Origin: Acidimicrobiales bacterium
GTDB taxonomy: Bacteria; Actinomycetota; Acidimicrobiia; Acidimicrobiales; SZUA-35
Assembly: GCA_041394265.1 (NCBI GenBank)
Contig: JAWKIO010000005.1
Span: 603,531-667,530 of the forward strand
DNA length: 64,000 bases
Direction: 5' to 3'
Each line of letters begins with the position of its first letter. The first letter of the stretch is position 1. A model generated the notes under the pieces. It saw nothing but the letters and a program-made list of their open reading frames with translations. It was not told the DNA's origin and ran no database searches. A program made the translations under genes and the position numbers. Positions 47,971 through 57,530 of the stretch are shown one piece after another.

Positions 47971-49313
47971 CCCTCACCTCTCGATCGAACCCGTCCTCGC
48001 CGCCGTCGGGCTCTCCTCGGCCTGCTACACCCCTGCCGGCCGGACGTCGGCTGTCACGCCGTGCCGTCTTGGGCGGTCTCGGCGCCTCGGCGGCGGCGCT
48101 GGCAACGACCGGCTATCTCCGATCGTCGTCCGGCCCCCGACCGTCAGGATCGCTTGGGCGACCGCTGCCGACCGGTGGCCGTTCGACCCCGACAGCGGTC
48201 CCGTCCGGCCGAGTACTCCCCGGCGCCGTCGTCGACCGAGTGCTCGTCGTGATCGACTTTCGGGGTGGCAATGACGGGCTGTCGCTGCTTGCGCCGGTGG
48301 CCGATGGCCGCTACCACGATCTGCGACCGTCGCTCGCGATCGCAGAGGAGGATGCCCTGTGGCTCGACGACGAGGTCGGGCTCCACCCGGCAATGGCTCG
48401 CCTGCGCGAGCGGCCGCTGATCACCGTCGAAGGCGTCGGCCCGGTGGCGGGTGATCTGTCGCACTTCGCCATGACCGAGCGGTGGGAACGGGGCGACGCT
48501 GCCGGCAGCTATGCCCCGCACACCGGATTCCTCGGCCGGCTCACCGACGCGCTCGACGACGGCAGCCCGCTGGTCGGCCTTTCGCTGTCGGGCTACACCA
48601 ACCACCTCACCAACACGCGAGCTGCCACCCTCGCCCTCGACGGACTCGATGACTTGTGGTTCTTCGAGCCGACCGACTGGGCCCCGGCCGCCGCCTTCCG
48701 TCAGGGCATCGAACGCTTTGTGCGAACCGACGACGCCGGACCGGTGGCCGACGCCTACGAGCGCCTCCTCGCCCTCTCGACCGAGCTCGCCAGTCGCGAT
48801 GAGGAGGAGAACAACTGGGAGGATCCGATGTTCTCCGAAGGAGGCGACCTGGGCGCGAAGCTCGCGGCCGCAGCGTCGCTGATCACGGCCGGGGTCGGAA
48901 CACGCGTGGTGTATGTCGGCTATGGCGATTTCGACACCCACGTCGGGCACCAATGGAAGCAGCAGGACAATCTGCAACGGCTCGACGCCGCACTCGACGG
49001 CTTCCTCCGGCGCATCGACGAGGCCGGCGCCTCCGATCGTGTGCTCGTCGCCACCGTCTCGGAGTTCGGGCGTCGGGTCGAAGAGCACGACGGCGGACTC
49101 GATCACGGCTCGGCTTCAACCATGCTGCTCGCCGGACCGCTTCACGCCCGGCAGGCGGGCGAGCGGCCCGACCTCGGCGATCTCGACGACGATGGCAACC
49201 TGCGCACCACCGTGCCGTTCGACCGGTATCTCGCAACCCTGGCCGAGGAATGGCTCGGGGTGGAAGCCGCCAGCGTGCTCCCGGAGTCGGCGACACCGCT
49301 CGGGATCCTCTGA
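47967..49313 (+). CDS. DUF1501 family protein with Tat signal
   Basis: SRRAVLGG, GGNDGL, GLHPAM, FDTH and SEFGRR motifs. Start overlaps the DUF1800 stop. Confidence 0.9.
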   Translation: MTLTSRSNPSSPPSGSPRPATPLPAGRRLSRRAVLGGLGASAAALATTGYLRSSSGPRPSGSLGRPLPTGGRSTPTAVPSGRVLPGAVVDRVLVVIDFRGGNDGLSLLAPVADGRYHDLRPSLAIAEEDALWLDDEVGLHPAMARLRERPLITVEGVGPVAGDLSHFAMTERWERGDAAGSYAPHTGFLGRLTDALDDGSPLVGLSLSGYTNHLTNTRAATLALDGLDDLWFFEPTDWAPAAAFRQGIERFVRTDDAGPVADAYERLLALSTELASRDEEENNWEDPMFSEGGDLGAKLAAAASLITAGVGTRVVYVGYGDFDTHVGHQWKQQDNLQRLDAALDGFLRRIDEAGASDRVLVATVSEFGRRVEEHDGGLDHGSASTMLLAGPLHARQAGERPDLGDLDDDGNLRTTVPFDRYLATLAEEWLGVEAASVLPESATPLGIL

Positions 49314-49341
49314 TCGCACCGGCCAAGCTGCCCTCGACACA

Positions 49342-49402
49342 GCGGCGAAGCCGCCGTGAGCACGCGGCGAAGCCGCCGTGAGCACGCGGCGAAGCCGCCG
49401 TG
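49342..49402. repeat. 22-bp tandem repeat of a GCGGC-GAA-GCCGC hairpin (2 full, 1 partial)
   Basis: gcggcgaagccgccgtgagcac at 49342 and 49364; partial copy at 49386. Confidence 0.9.
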
Positions 49403-49424
49403 GGTGGAGCGCTAGAGTCGCCCC

Positions 49425-50849
49425 GTGCGACGACTTCTGCTCCTCCTCGTTCTCCTGCTTCCGGGCCTCGGTCTCGCCCCGCTCGCTGCCGGCGCCCAGT
49501 CCACGGCGAGCGATGCCATCACGGCGATCGTCGACGAGCTCGAGGCCTCGGGCCGCTCGGTCGACCCGGCAGCGCTCCCGCTTGCCACTGGCGTCGATGC
49601 CGCCATCGGACGGGCCAATGCCGCCGGCATCGCCGTCGTCCTTCCCGATCCTGCGTCCGACGCGCAGAAGCTCACGTTGGCCGTCGACGAGGCGATGCGA
49701 TCGAGCGGATCGAGGTTCGACTCGGTGCTCGTGCTCACCCCCACCGTCATCGCGGCCGAGGTCGGCGACGTGAGTGAGGCCGAACTCGACGCCGCGCTCG
49801 ACGCGGCCTTCGCCACGGCAGGCGACGCCGATGCGATCGACGCGTTCGTTGCCTCGCTCACCGGTGAGAACCCGCCGGCCACGACGGCAACCACCACGGC
49901 GACCGACACCGACACCGACACCGGGAACTCGACCTCAGGAGCGACCGACACCGGCACCGGTACGGACAACACCGATTCCGGCGGCGGCTTCCCCTGGCTG
50001 TTCGTGATCCTGGTGGCAATCGCCGGATTCTTCGGGCTACGGTTCTTCACCAACCGGCGCAAGCGGCGAGCGGCCGAGCAGGCGGCCATCGAGGTCGACC
50101 GGGCCGAGATCGCCGAGCAGCTTCGAAACAACGCCGACCGCGTGATCGATCTTGGTGACCCCGTCATCGCAACGAAGGATGCGGAACTCATCGCCCTGTA
50201 CGAACAGGCGAGCGCCACCTACCAGGAAGTGTCGCTTGCCCTGCCCGACGCCACGACTGCCGCCGAGATCGATGCGCTCGACGATCGGATCGACGAGGCC
50301 GAGTGGCAGCTCGAGGTCATTGCGGCCCGTCTCGCCGGCGAGCCTGAGCCACTGTCGCCGGCTGAGCGAGAACGGGCCGCCATGCCGCCGGCACCGACGG
50401 GCCCGGCGCTCGGTCCCGATGACTCGGTCTTCGGTCCCCGCCCCAGCGGCCGAACGTCGTCGAGCCGTTTGCCACCGCCCCAGCCCCAGCCCGCACCCCG
50501 ACGCCGGTCGTCACGCGGTGGAGGGATGAGCAGCGGCATGGGCGGCATGCTCGGGAGTATCCTCGGTCAGATCCTGCTCGGTGGTGGACGCCCTCGGACC
50601 ACCAGCCGCCGTACCCAGCGCCGCACGGCGTCGTCGGGGGGCTTCGGTGGAGCGTTCGGCTCACCTCGCCGCTCCTCCAGCTCGTTCCCCGATCCCTTCG
50701 GCCGATCGAACCGGTCGTCTGGTGGCGGGTTGGGCCGATCGCGCTCGTCCCGATCGAGCGGGGCCCGCAGCAGCGGCACCCGGCGGGCCGGCGGGTCGCG
50801 GAACCGGTCGACCTCGAGCCGGCGGGCCGGCGGCTCCCGCCGCCGCTGA
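49425..50849 (+). CDS. Exported/membrane protein, TPM-domain-like, with Thr/Asp linker, TM, coiled region and Arg/Ser/Gly tail
   Basis: Signal peptide, TM FPWLFVILVAIAGFF, GGMLGSILG segment and low-complexity C-terminus. Confidence 0.6.
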   Translation: MRRLLLLLVLLLPGLGLAPLAAGAQSTASDAITAIVDELEASGRSVDPAALPLATGVDAAIGRANAAGIAVVLPDPASDAQKLTLAVDEAMRSSGSRFDSVLVLTPTVIAAEVGDVSEAELDAALDAAFATAGDADAIDAFVASLTGENPPATTATTTATDTDTDTGNSTSGATDTGTGTDNTDSGGGFPWLFVILVAIAGFFGLRFFTNRRKRRAAEQAAIEVDRAEIAEQLRNNADRVIDLGDPVIATKDAELIALYEQASATYQEVSLALPDATTAAEIDALDDRIDEAEWQLEVIAARLAGEPEPLSPAERERAAMPPAPTGPALGPDDSVFGPRPSGRTSSSRLPPPQPQPAPRRRSSRGGGMSSGMGGMLGSILGQILLGGGRPRTTSRRTQRRTASSGGFGGAFGSPRRSSSSFPDPFGRSNRSSGGGLGRSRSSRSSGARSSGTRRAGGSRNRSTSSRRAGGSRRR

Positions 50850-50908
50850 ACGGGCAGAAATCGGCGTCGATCGCCGCCATTGTCACACGGGGTTGCCATG
50901 ATGCATAC

Positions 50909-51736
50909 ATGGCCGAGCTCCCCCCGCACTTGTCACCCTCCTCGGCGGCGTCCTTCGACGGTTGCCCCCGCCGCTGGAAGTTCAAGTACGTCGACGGGCT
51001 GCGGGAACCCTCGGGTCAGTCCGCCGTCGTCGGCACGTTCGCCCATCTCGTCCTCGAACATCTCTGCCAACTCGACGCTCCGGAACGCACCCTCGACCGG
51101 GCCAAGCTGATCGCACGCGAGCGCTGGCCCGACGTCGAGCTCATGCCCGACTTCGCCGACCTCGCGCTGTCCGACGACGACGCGCGAGCCTTCCGCTGGC
51201 AGGCGTGGACCGCCATCGCCGGCCTGTGGAAGCTCGAGGATCCGGCTCGGGTCGAGGTCGTCGCCACCGAACGCAAGGTCGAGGCCACGCTGGCCGACGT
51301 TCCGTTCCTCGGCATCGTCGACCGGATCGAGCGTCTCGACGGCAAGCTCGTGATCAGCGACTACAAGTCCGGTCAGGCGCCACACGTTCGCTACCGAGAC
51401 GAAAAGATCCAACAGGTGTTGCTCTACGCGGCGGCCGTCGCCGCCGCCGATGGCGAGCTCCCGCATCGCTCCCGCCTGCTCTACCTGGGCCAGGAGACGA
51501 TCGACATCGATGTCACCGAGAGCCGGATCGGCGAGGTCACCGATCAGCTGGCGACCACCTGGTCGGCGATCACCACGGCCTGCAGTGCCGATACGTTCGA
51601 CCCGAAGCCCGGGGTGCTGTGCGGATGGTGTCCGTTTGCCGCCCAGTGCGACGAGGGCCGAGCCGAGCTCCAACGGCGTCACGCCGAGGGGATTCTGCAT
51701 GCACATGCACCCGGCGCGGCACTGATCGGGGTGTGA
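50909..51736 (+). CDS. RecB-family PD-(D/E)XK nuclease with Fe-S staple Cys
   Basis: LSPSS..CP, GIVDRI, DYKSG and CGWCPFAAQC motifs. Confidence 0.88.
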   Translation: MAELPPHLSPSSAASFDGCPRRWKFKYVDGLREPSGQSAVVGTFAHLVLEHLCQLDAPERTLDRAKLIARERWPDVELMPDFADLALSDDDARAFRWQAWTAIAGLWKLEDPARVEVVATERKVEATLADVPFLGIVDRIERLDGKLVISDYKSGQAPHVRYRDEKIQQVLLYAAAVAAADGELPHRSRLLYLGQETIDIDVTESRIGEVTDQLATTWSAITTACSADTFDPKPGVLCGWCPFAAQCDEGRAELQRRHAEGILHAHAPGAALIGV

Positions 51737-51755
51737 CCCGGGCCTGTTGTGGGCG

Positions 51756-51778
51756 AATCTGCCCAGCTTGGGCAGATT
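51756..51778. terminator. Perfect 10-bp inverted repeat AATCTGCCCA-gct-TGGGCAGATT (terminator or operator)
   Basis: Lies 20 bp after the nuclease stop and upstream of the DUF2510 mini-gene. Confidence 0.55.
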
Positions 51779-51903
51779 TCACATGGCGATTTTCTCAAGG
51801 GGCCGTACTCTCGGGCCGACAGTCCATAGAGCTCCTCCATGGACGGCGGGGACCGAGCACAGCGCGCGGTACATCACCACATCAACGGAGATGACAGGTG
51901 ACC

Positions 51904-52092
51904 ATGACAACGTTCGAGACACGACCTGGGGACGTCACGTCCACCGATCCGAGCAGTGCGGCCGATGTGACCGCCGCCGGGTGGTACAGCGACCCGTTCG
52001 GACAGCACCGCATGCGCTACTTCTCGGGGACCGAGTGGACCGACCACGTCACCCACTTCGGCCCGACGCCGTGCCAGGGCTGCTCCTGCTGA
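51904..52092 (+). CDS. Stand-alone DUF2510 mini-protein with Cys-rich tail
   Basis: AGWYSDP...RYFSGTEWTDH, ending PCQGCSC. Confidence 0.7.
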   Translation: MTTFETRPGDVTSTDPSSAADVTAAGWYSDPFGQHRMRYFSGTEWTDHVTHFGPTPCQGCSC

Positions 52093-52121
52093 TCCTGTCG
52101 GCCATCTGAGGCGGGCGGCGT

Positions 52122-52355
52122 TCACCCCGGACGTCGCCGACGGCGCTGCGCATCGATCCTGCGGGCCTCCTGCACCACCGATCGCAGCCCACCGGCCTCG
52201 CTGTCACCATCGACCACGCCGAGCACGTGGGATGCCAGGGCCTCGAGCACGGCGCTGACGCTGACACCCTGTTCCGCTGCGAAGTCGTGCCAGCGCTCGT
52301 GCGCCTCGTTGCTCACGTACGCGTGCAGCGCACGACGATCCGCCTGGGTCGTCAT
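52122..52355 (-). CDS. Small ribbon-helix-helix-like protein with poly-Arg tail (paralog of 21482-21721)
   Basis: RRALHAYVS..AH..WH.FAAEQGVSVSA.LEALA and ARRIDAQRRRRR. RBS gagagggacgac. Confidence 0.72.
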   Translation of the reverse strand: MTTQADRRALHAYVSNEAHERWHDFAAEQGVSVSAVLEALASHVLGVVDGDSEAGGLRSVVQEARRIDAQRRRRRPG

Positions 52356-52446
52356 GTCGTCCCTCTCTCCCACCAGTGCCCGGGCCGAGCGTAGGCCAAG
52401 GCGCGACCCGCCGTCGCATTTCCGGCCAGGGCTGCTCGCTCGGTCC

Positions 52447-53658
52447 TCAGTCGCAGCGGCCGCGCTGTTCGGGGTCGGCGACGACCGAGCCGTCTGCGGC
52501 GATCTGCACCCCCGATGAGTGCCCGGCAATCTGCTCGATGATGCCGGCTCGTTCGGACTCGGACGGCGGGCGGGCAACGCCGTGATCGACGCGAACCGGC
52601 TCGACTCGCAACGCGAGCTCGGGCGCACCGTCGGCAGCTTCGGTCACCGTGAACGAGAAGATAGCGCTGTTGGCCGTGATCCCTCTGGCCGACGGAAACG
52701 CAAAGTTGCCGCTCGAACGGGCCACCAACGTGTCGCCGATGATGGTGAGCCCCTGCACCACGTGGGGGTGGCCGTTCACGATCGCATCGACGCCCGCGGC
52801 CGCCCACCGCTCACTCAGTTCGACCATGAACGACGACGGGCACAGGACACCCTCCTCGCCCCCGTGGACCATCACCACGGTCACATCGGCGGCGGCGACG
52901 GTGTCACTCACCATGGCATCGGCCTGGTCGAGGAACGCCGGGCAGGCCCAGGCGACCTGCGGCCGCACGTTCTCGCCCGACGCCGACCAGTCGCACGGAA
53001 CGCGTGACAGCGAGACGACCCCCACCTTCCATCCCTCGACATCGACCACGAGGGTGCGGTAGGCATCGGCCTCGTCGACCCCGGCGCCCACCCGCGCCAA
53101 CCCCGCAGCATCGACCTCCCGCAACGTCTGCTCCAGTGCGTCGGGGCCGAAATCGAGCGTGTGGTTGTTCGCCAGGCCCACCACATCCACGCCGGCATCG
53201 ACGAGAAGCTGCAGTGACGCCGGCGGCGACTTGAACAAGAAGGGCTTGTCCACCGCAACGCGGCCGACATCGGGATCGGCGACCGACGTCTCGAGATTGA
53301 CGATCATGAGGTCGGGCGCCGACAACAACTCGGCCACTTGCCCCAGGGGATCGCGCTGGTCGAGACCGTTGGTGAACGAGGTATCGCCGGCCACGGCGAC
53401 GACGATCGGCGAACGTGGCGGCTCGGTGGTCGTTGTCGTGCTGGCGGTGGTCGTTGTCGTGCTGGCGGTGGTCGTGCTGTTGGCGGTCGAGGTCGTACTC
53501 CATGAGGTCGCCGAGGTCGTCGCCGGTGCGACCGTGGTCCCGACCTGGCTCTGGGAAACGGTCAGATCGCCGGTGCCGCCGCACGACGCCGCAGCGAGCG
53601 CAAGGCCAATGAGGCTCAGTCGACCTCGGCTGATCGGTCGGTCGTTGTTGCTTCGCAT
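52447..53658 (-). CDS. CapA/PGA_cap family metallophosphatase-like lipoprotein
   Basis: Lipobox LAAASC, Thr-rich linker, AGD, NLET, ANNHTLDFG, MVHGG and GHPHVVQ motifs. Confidence 0.88.
   Translation of the reverse strand: MRSNNDRPISRGRLSLIGLALAAASCGGTGDLTVSQSQVGTTVAPATTSATSWSTTSTANSTTTASTTTTTASTTTTTEPPRSPIVVAVAGDTSFTNGLDQRDPLGQVAELLSAPDLMIVNLETSVADPDVGRVAVDKPFLFKSPPASLQLLVDAGVDVVGLANNHTLDFGPDALEQTLREVDAAGLARVGAGVDEADAYRTLVVDVEGWKVGVVSLSRVPCDWSASGENVRPQVAWACPAFLDQADAMVSDTVAAADVTVVMVHGGEEGVLCPSSFMVELSERWAAAGVDAIVNGHPHVVQGLTIIGDTLVARSSGNFAFPSARGITANSAIFSFTVTEAADGAPELALRVEPVRVDHGVARPPSESERAGIIEQIAGHSSGVQIAADGSVVADPEQRGRCD
53424..53465. repeat. 21-bp in-frame duplication encoding the Thr-rich linker
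   Basis: cggtggtcgttgtcgtgctgg x2. Confidence 0.75.
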
Positions 53659-53915
53659 CGGCCCCCCTCCGTCGACCACGAGATCGTAGTGTGAGCCGTT
53701 TGCGTGGTTGCGGATTCACCGGGTGCGACGATGCCGACCTCGCGACCACCCAGTGTGGCCAGACGGTCGCTCCAACGCACCCACGAGGGCCGATCAGGAT
53801 GGATGACTCTGGCGAGCGCCGACGCCGAGCCGCTAGCGTGTCCGGGTACGAATCATCCCTGATGGTCCATCCGAGCAGCGTTTGCCCGCCTTCGACCGAA
53901 CTGAGCCCCCGCACC

Positions 53916-55157
53916 ATGACCGTCGACTCCCCCTCCACCCCCGAGCTCGTGATCGGACTCGATCTTGCGCGCCATCGGTCACTCTGTGTGGCCAGGATCG
54001 ATGGAGAACGATCGATCATCCCACTCGCTCCCGGGCACCGGGGGCTGATCATGCGCTGGGTCGACCGCAACGAACGCAAGCACCGGATCACCGATCGCTT
54101 GCTCGAGTTGGCCGGACCCGACCGGCCGGCCGCCGTGGCCATCGCCCGGTCGGTGGCCGAGTGTGTCTTCCCCGAGTCGCTACCCACCCGTCCCTACATC
54201 GCCATTCCGAGTGCTTTCGGGCCGGCGTGTCGCGCGGCGCTGCTCGAAGGCTTCGCCGACGCAGGTCTGCCGATCGACGACCAGCATCTGGTCGAACGCC
54301 CGGTTGCGGCCTTCGCCTCATGGCTCCATCATCGGCGCCAGCTCGGCAGTCCCGGACCGATCGGACCCATGCTGGTTCTCGACAACGACGGCGGACAGAT
54401 CTCGGCGGCGGCCATCGACGCCGATGCCCGCCGCATCGTGTTCACCACCCCGCTGTCGGCCGGTCCCGACGAACCCGCCGAGGTCATCATCGACCGGTTG
54501 CACTCGGTCGTCCGAGAGCTCGACCGGCTTCGGTCCGGTCATGGTCTGGTGCGATCCGACGAATGGTCCAACGTCTCGGCCGCCGTCAGCCAGGTCGCCG
54601 TCGCCGGCTCGATGAGCGAGCACCCCCTGTTCCTCGACCTGCTGGCCCGGGTCCTCCCGGCGGCGGCCATCGTGCGCGACCCGATCATCGCCGATCAGGG
54701 CGACGTCGTTGGTGCGGGGCTCGTGAGCCTCGCCGCACTTGCGGACTGGAGTGCCGGCTGGCCCACGCTCGACCTACGGGTCGACGATCGCTTGGCCGTC
54801 CCGGCCGGTGATCTCGACGCCGACGCGCTCGACGTCGAGATCACCGTGCCGGCCAAGGCCGCCCTCACCCTCACCCGCCCCGACGGCTCGGCCGTGCCAC
54901 TGCGAGTTGGATCGATGCTGGCCGAGGGTCTCCAGCTCCCACGAGATCTGCAAGGTGAGCTCACCCTTCGGGTGCTCGCCGACGGACGTGTCCTGGTGCT
55001 CGGCCCGGCCGGTGTTCGTCCCCTGACCTTCTCGGTGGCGTGGCCGCTGATCGCCGAAGATCAGCAACCGGCGGTCACGGTGACCGCAATCGGTCGCCGT
55101 CCGCTTCAGCTGGTCAATCCCACAACCGATCGATCACGTCGAACCACAGTCGCGTAG
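53916..55157 (+). CDS. Divergent Hsp70/actin-like ATPase-fold protein
   Basis: VIGLDL, IAIPSAF, LVERPVAA, VLDNDGG and VAGSMSEHP correspond in order to Hsp70 motifs. Start uncertain. Confidence 0.6.
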   Translation: MTVDSPSTPELVIGLDLARHRSLCVARIDGERSIIPLAPGHRGLIMRWVDRNERKHRITDRLLELAGPDRPAAVAIARSVAECVFPESLPTRPYIAIPSAFGPACRAALLEGFADAGLPIDDQHLVERPVAAFASWLHHRRQLGSPGPIGPMLVLDNDGGQISAAAIDADARRIVFTTPLSAGPDEPAEVIIDRLHSVVRELDRLRSGHGLVRSDEWSNVSAAVSQVAVAGSMSEHPLFLDLLARVLPAAAIVRDPIIADQGDVVGAGLVSLAALADWSAGWPTLDLRVDDRLAVPAGDLDADALDVEITVPAKAALTLTRPDGSAVPLRVGSMLAEGLQLPRDLQGELTLRVLADGRVLVLGPAGVRPLTFSVAWPLIAEDQQPAVTVTAIGRRPLQLVNPTTDRSRRTTVA

Positions 55158-56466
55158 TCATCTTCAGCGACTCGGTGTCGATGCGCTCGTTGTGGCCGTG
55201 GAACCGACGGAAGAACTCGCCGGCATCGATGCTCGGGCTCAGGAGGCCCGCGCCGTAGGCGATCGCGCCCCGACCGCGGAAGAACCGGCTGTCGGTTCCA
55301 CCGGTCACGATGCTCGGGATGACGTTGGCCTCGGGGTAGGCCATCTTCACGGAATCGCTCAACGCACTCCACAGCGGGTTGCCGATCGGTGACGCCGTCG
55401 ACTCGTCGTCTTGGATGACCTCGACCTCGACGTAGTCCATGGCATCGCCGAGCGCGTCACGTAGGTGTTGTTCGACGTCGTCGTGGGTCTCGCCGGGAAG
55501 GGTGCGGATGTCGACCTCGACCACCACCGAGTCGGGGATGACGTTGGTCTTCACGCCGCCTTCGACCACGTTGGGGCTGAATGTGGTGTGGCAGCAGGCG
55601 TGCAGCGTGCGCGCCATGCCGGTGGGGAGGTCGGCCAGGGTCTCGGCGATTGCTCCCGGATCGAGGAGCTTCGCCGTGGTGTCGTCGTCGAGGCCGAGCG
55701 CAAGCACCCTCGCCCCCCATAGCTCGTCGAGCTTCGGCTTCGGGTTGTAGGCCGCGAGCCGCCGCACCACCTCGGCCGCCTTCACCAGTGCGTTGTCGGT
55801 GGCGTAGGGCTGGGAGCCGTGGCCGGGCGTGCCCTTGACCGTCAGACGCCGCCAGCCGAGGCCTTTCTCGGCGGTGGTGATGAGCATCGACATGCCCTTG
55901 GGGCTGTGGAAGGGGATGCCACCGAACTCGGTCAGCACATAGTCACACTTCAGCGCGTCCCATTCGTCGCGCACGAGCACCTCGGCGCCGTGACGCCCGC
56001 CGGCCTCTTCGTCGGCAACGGCGAAGTAGATCAGATCGCCCGGAAGACGTCGGCCCGACGAGACGATGTGCTTGAACGCCACGGCCATCGAGGACGTCAG
56101 GTTGAGCATGTCGACCGCACCCCGACCCCAGACCTCGCCATCGACCAGTTCGCCACCGAACGGATCACGGTCCCAGCCGTCGGGCGACACGGGCACGACG
56201 TCGGTGTGGCCCATCAGGCACAGCGCCGGCGCCGACGGATCGGTGCCGGGATAGCGAGCGATCAGCGACGACCGCCCCGGTGTCGGCTCGTACATCTGGA
56301 GGTCGACACCGGTGCCAGCGAGTTCGTCGCGCAACAGGCGCGCCGAGACGTCTTCTTGGCCTGACTCGGGCCGCCCGTCGTTGACGCACTGGTTGCGGAT
56401 GAGGGCCTGAAGCAGCTCGACCGTCTCATTGCTGAGACGGTCGAGCGTAGATTCATCAATACTCAT
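55114..56466 (-). CDS. M20/M25/M40 family metallo-hydrolase
   Basis: [28 protein letters not shown] and HGHNER motifs. Confidence 0.93.
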   Translation of the reverse strand: MSIDESTLDRLSNETVELLQALIRNQCVNDGRPESGQEDVSARLLRDELAGTGVDLQMYEPTPGRSSLIARYPGTDPSAPALCLMGHTDVVPVSPDGWDRDPFGGELVDGEVWGRGAVDMLNLTSSMAVAFKHIVSSGRRLPGDLIYFAVADEEAGGRHGAEVLVRDEWDALKCDYVLTEFGGIPFHSPKGMSMLITTAEKGLGWRRLTVKGTPGHGSQPYATDNALVKAAEVVRRLAAYNPKPKLDELWGARVLALGLDDDTTAKLLDPGAIAETLADLPTGMARTLHACCHTTFSPNVVEGGVKTNVIPDSVVVEVDIRTLPGETHDDVEQHLRDALGDAMDYVEVEVIQDDESTASPIGNPLWSALSDSVKMAYPEANVIPSIVTGGTDSRFFRGRGAIAYGAGLLSPSIDAGEFFRRFHGHNERIDTESLKMTTRLWFDVIDRLWD

Positions 56467-56489
56467 GCCTGGACATTAGTCGCCCAGGT

Positions 56490-56545
56490 TGGGAGTTCGG
56501 AGCGCAGCGAGGAACTCCGAGGAACCCCCAAGGCGCCCCAGCGCC
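56490..56545. repeat. REP-like hairpin between M20 and etfA
   Basis: ggagttc-ggagcgcagcgag-gaactcc inverted repeat followed by gaggaacccccaagg. Confidence 0.4.
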
Positions 56546-56559
56546 GACGGGTTCCCCCG

Positions 56560-57522
56560 TCAGCGGCTGGCGAGGGCCTCGAGGAGCGCAGGCATCACCT
56601 TGTGGACGTCGCCCACGATGCCGAGATCGGCGATCCCGAAGATCGGGGCCTCGGCGTCTTTGTTGATGGCGATGATGTTCTTCGAGCCCTTCATGCCAAC
56701 GAGGTGCTGGGTGGCACCCGAGATACCGCAGGCGATGTAGACATCGGGCTTGACGACCTTGCCGGTCTGGCCGACCTGCTGGGAGTAGGGCACCCAGCCG
56801 GCGTCGACGATGGCTCGCGAGGCGCCAGCGGCACCCTTGAGCTTCTTGGCGAGATCGGCGACCATCTCGAACTTCTCGGCTTCGCCGAGACCACGACCGC
56901 CGGCCACCACGATGGCCGCCTCGTCGAGCTTGGGGCCGTCGGACTCTTCGACGAAGCGATCGGTGACGGTGGCACCACCGGCGCTCCCGAGATCGGGGAC
57001 GTCGAGTTCTTCGGTGTCGGCAGCGTCGCCGCCGCTGGCTTCGGCGGCGAACGACTTCGGGCGCACCAGGGCGAGGAACGGACCCTCACCGGTGAACTTG
57101 GTCTTGATGTCGGTCTGGCCACCGAAGATCGACGCCGTGCCGACGAGGGTGTCGTCGTCGGCCTCGAGCCCGATCAGGTTGCTGAGGACGGTGCGGTCGA
57201 GCTTGACCGACAGCCGGGCGGCGATGTCACGGGCGTCGTAGGTGGTGGCGAACAGGATGGCATCGGGACCATCACCGGCATCGACCGCGGCGGCGATGGC
57301 GGCAGCCACCGGGACGCCGACCAGCGCGTCGTCGACGTCGACGCCGTAGACGGTCTCGGCGCCGTACTCACCGAGCTTCTCGGCGACGTCGTCGGCATCA
57401 CCGGCGAACACGCACGAGACAGAGTCGGCGAGGCTGCGAGCCTTGGTGAGCAGTTCGAGGGTGGTGCTGTCGACTTCGCCGTCGATGGCTTCGGCGAAGA
57501 CCCAAATGGAATCGAGTGTCAT
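56560..57522 (-). CDS. etfA: Electron transfer flavoprotein alpha subunit
   Basis: [24 protein letters not shown] and GISGATQH motifs. Confidence 0.95.
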   Translation of the reverse strand: MTLDSIWVFAEAIDGEVDSTTLELLTKARSLADSVSCVFAGDADDVAEKLGEYGAETVYGVDVDDALVGVPVAAAIAAAVDAGDGPDAILFATTYDARDIAARLSVKLDRTVLSNLIGLEADDDTLVGTASIFGGQTDIKTKFTGEGPFLALVRPKSFAAEASGGDAADTEELDVPDLGSAGGATVTDRFVEESDGPKLDEAAIVVAGGRGLGEAEKFEMVADLAKKLKGAAGASRAIVDAGWVPYSQQVGQTGKVVKPDVYIACGISGATQHLVGMKGSKNIIAINKDAEAPIFGIADLGIVGDVHKVMPALLEALASR

Positions 57523-57530
57523 GTCTGCTC

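Noticed and set aside
50909-51736. Cas4 / CRISPR adaptation gene
   Set aside because: It has a Cas4-like Fe-S nuclease pattern, but no cas1/cas2 or array is present. Solo RecB-like nucleases are common in Actinomycetota.
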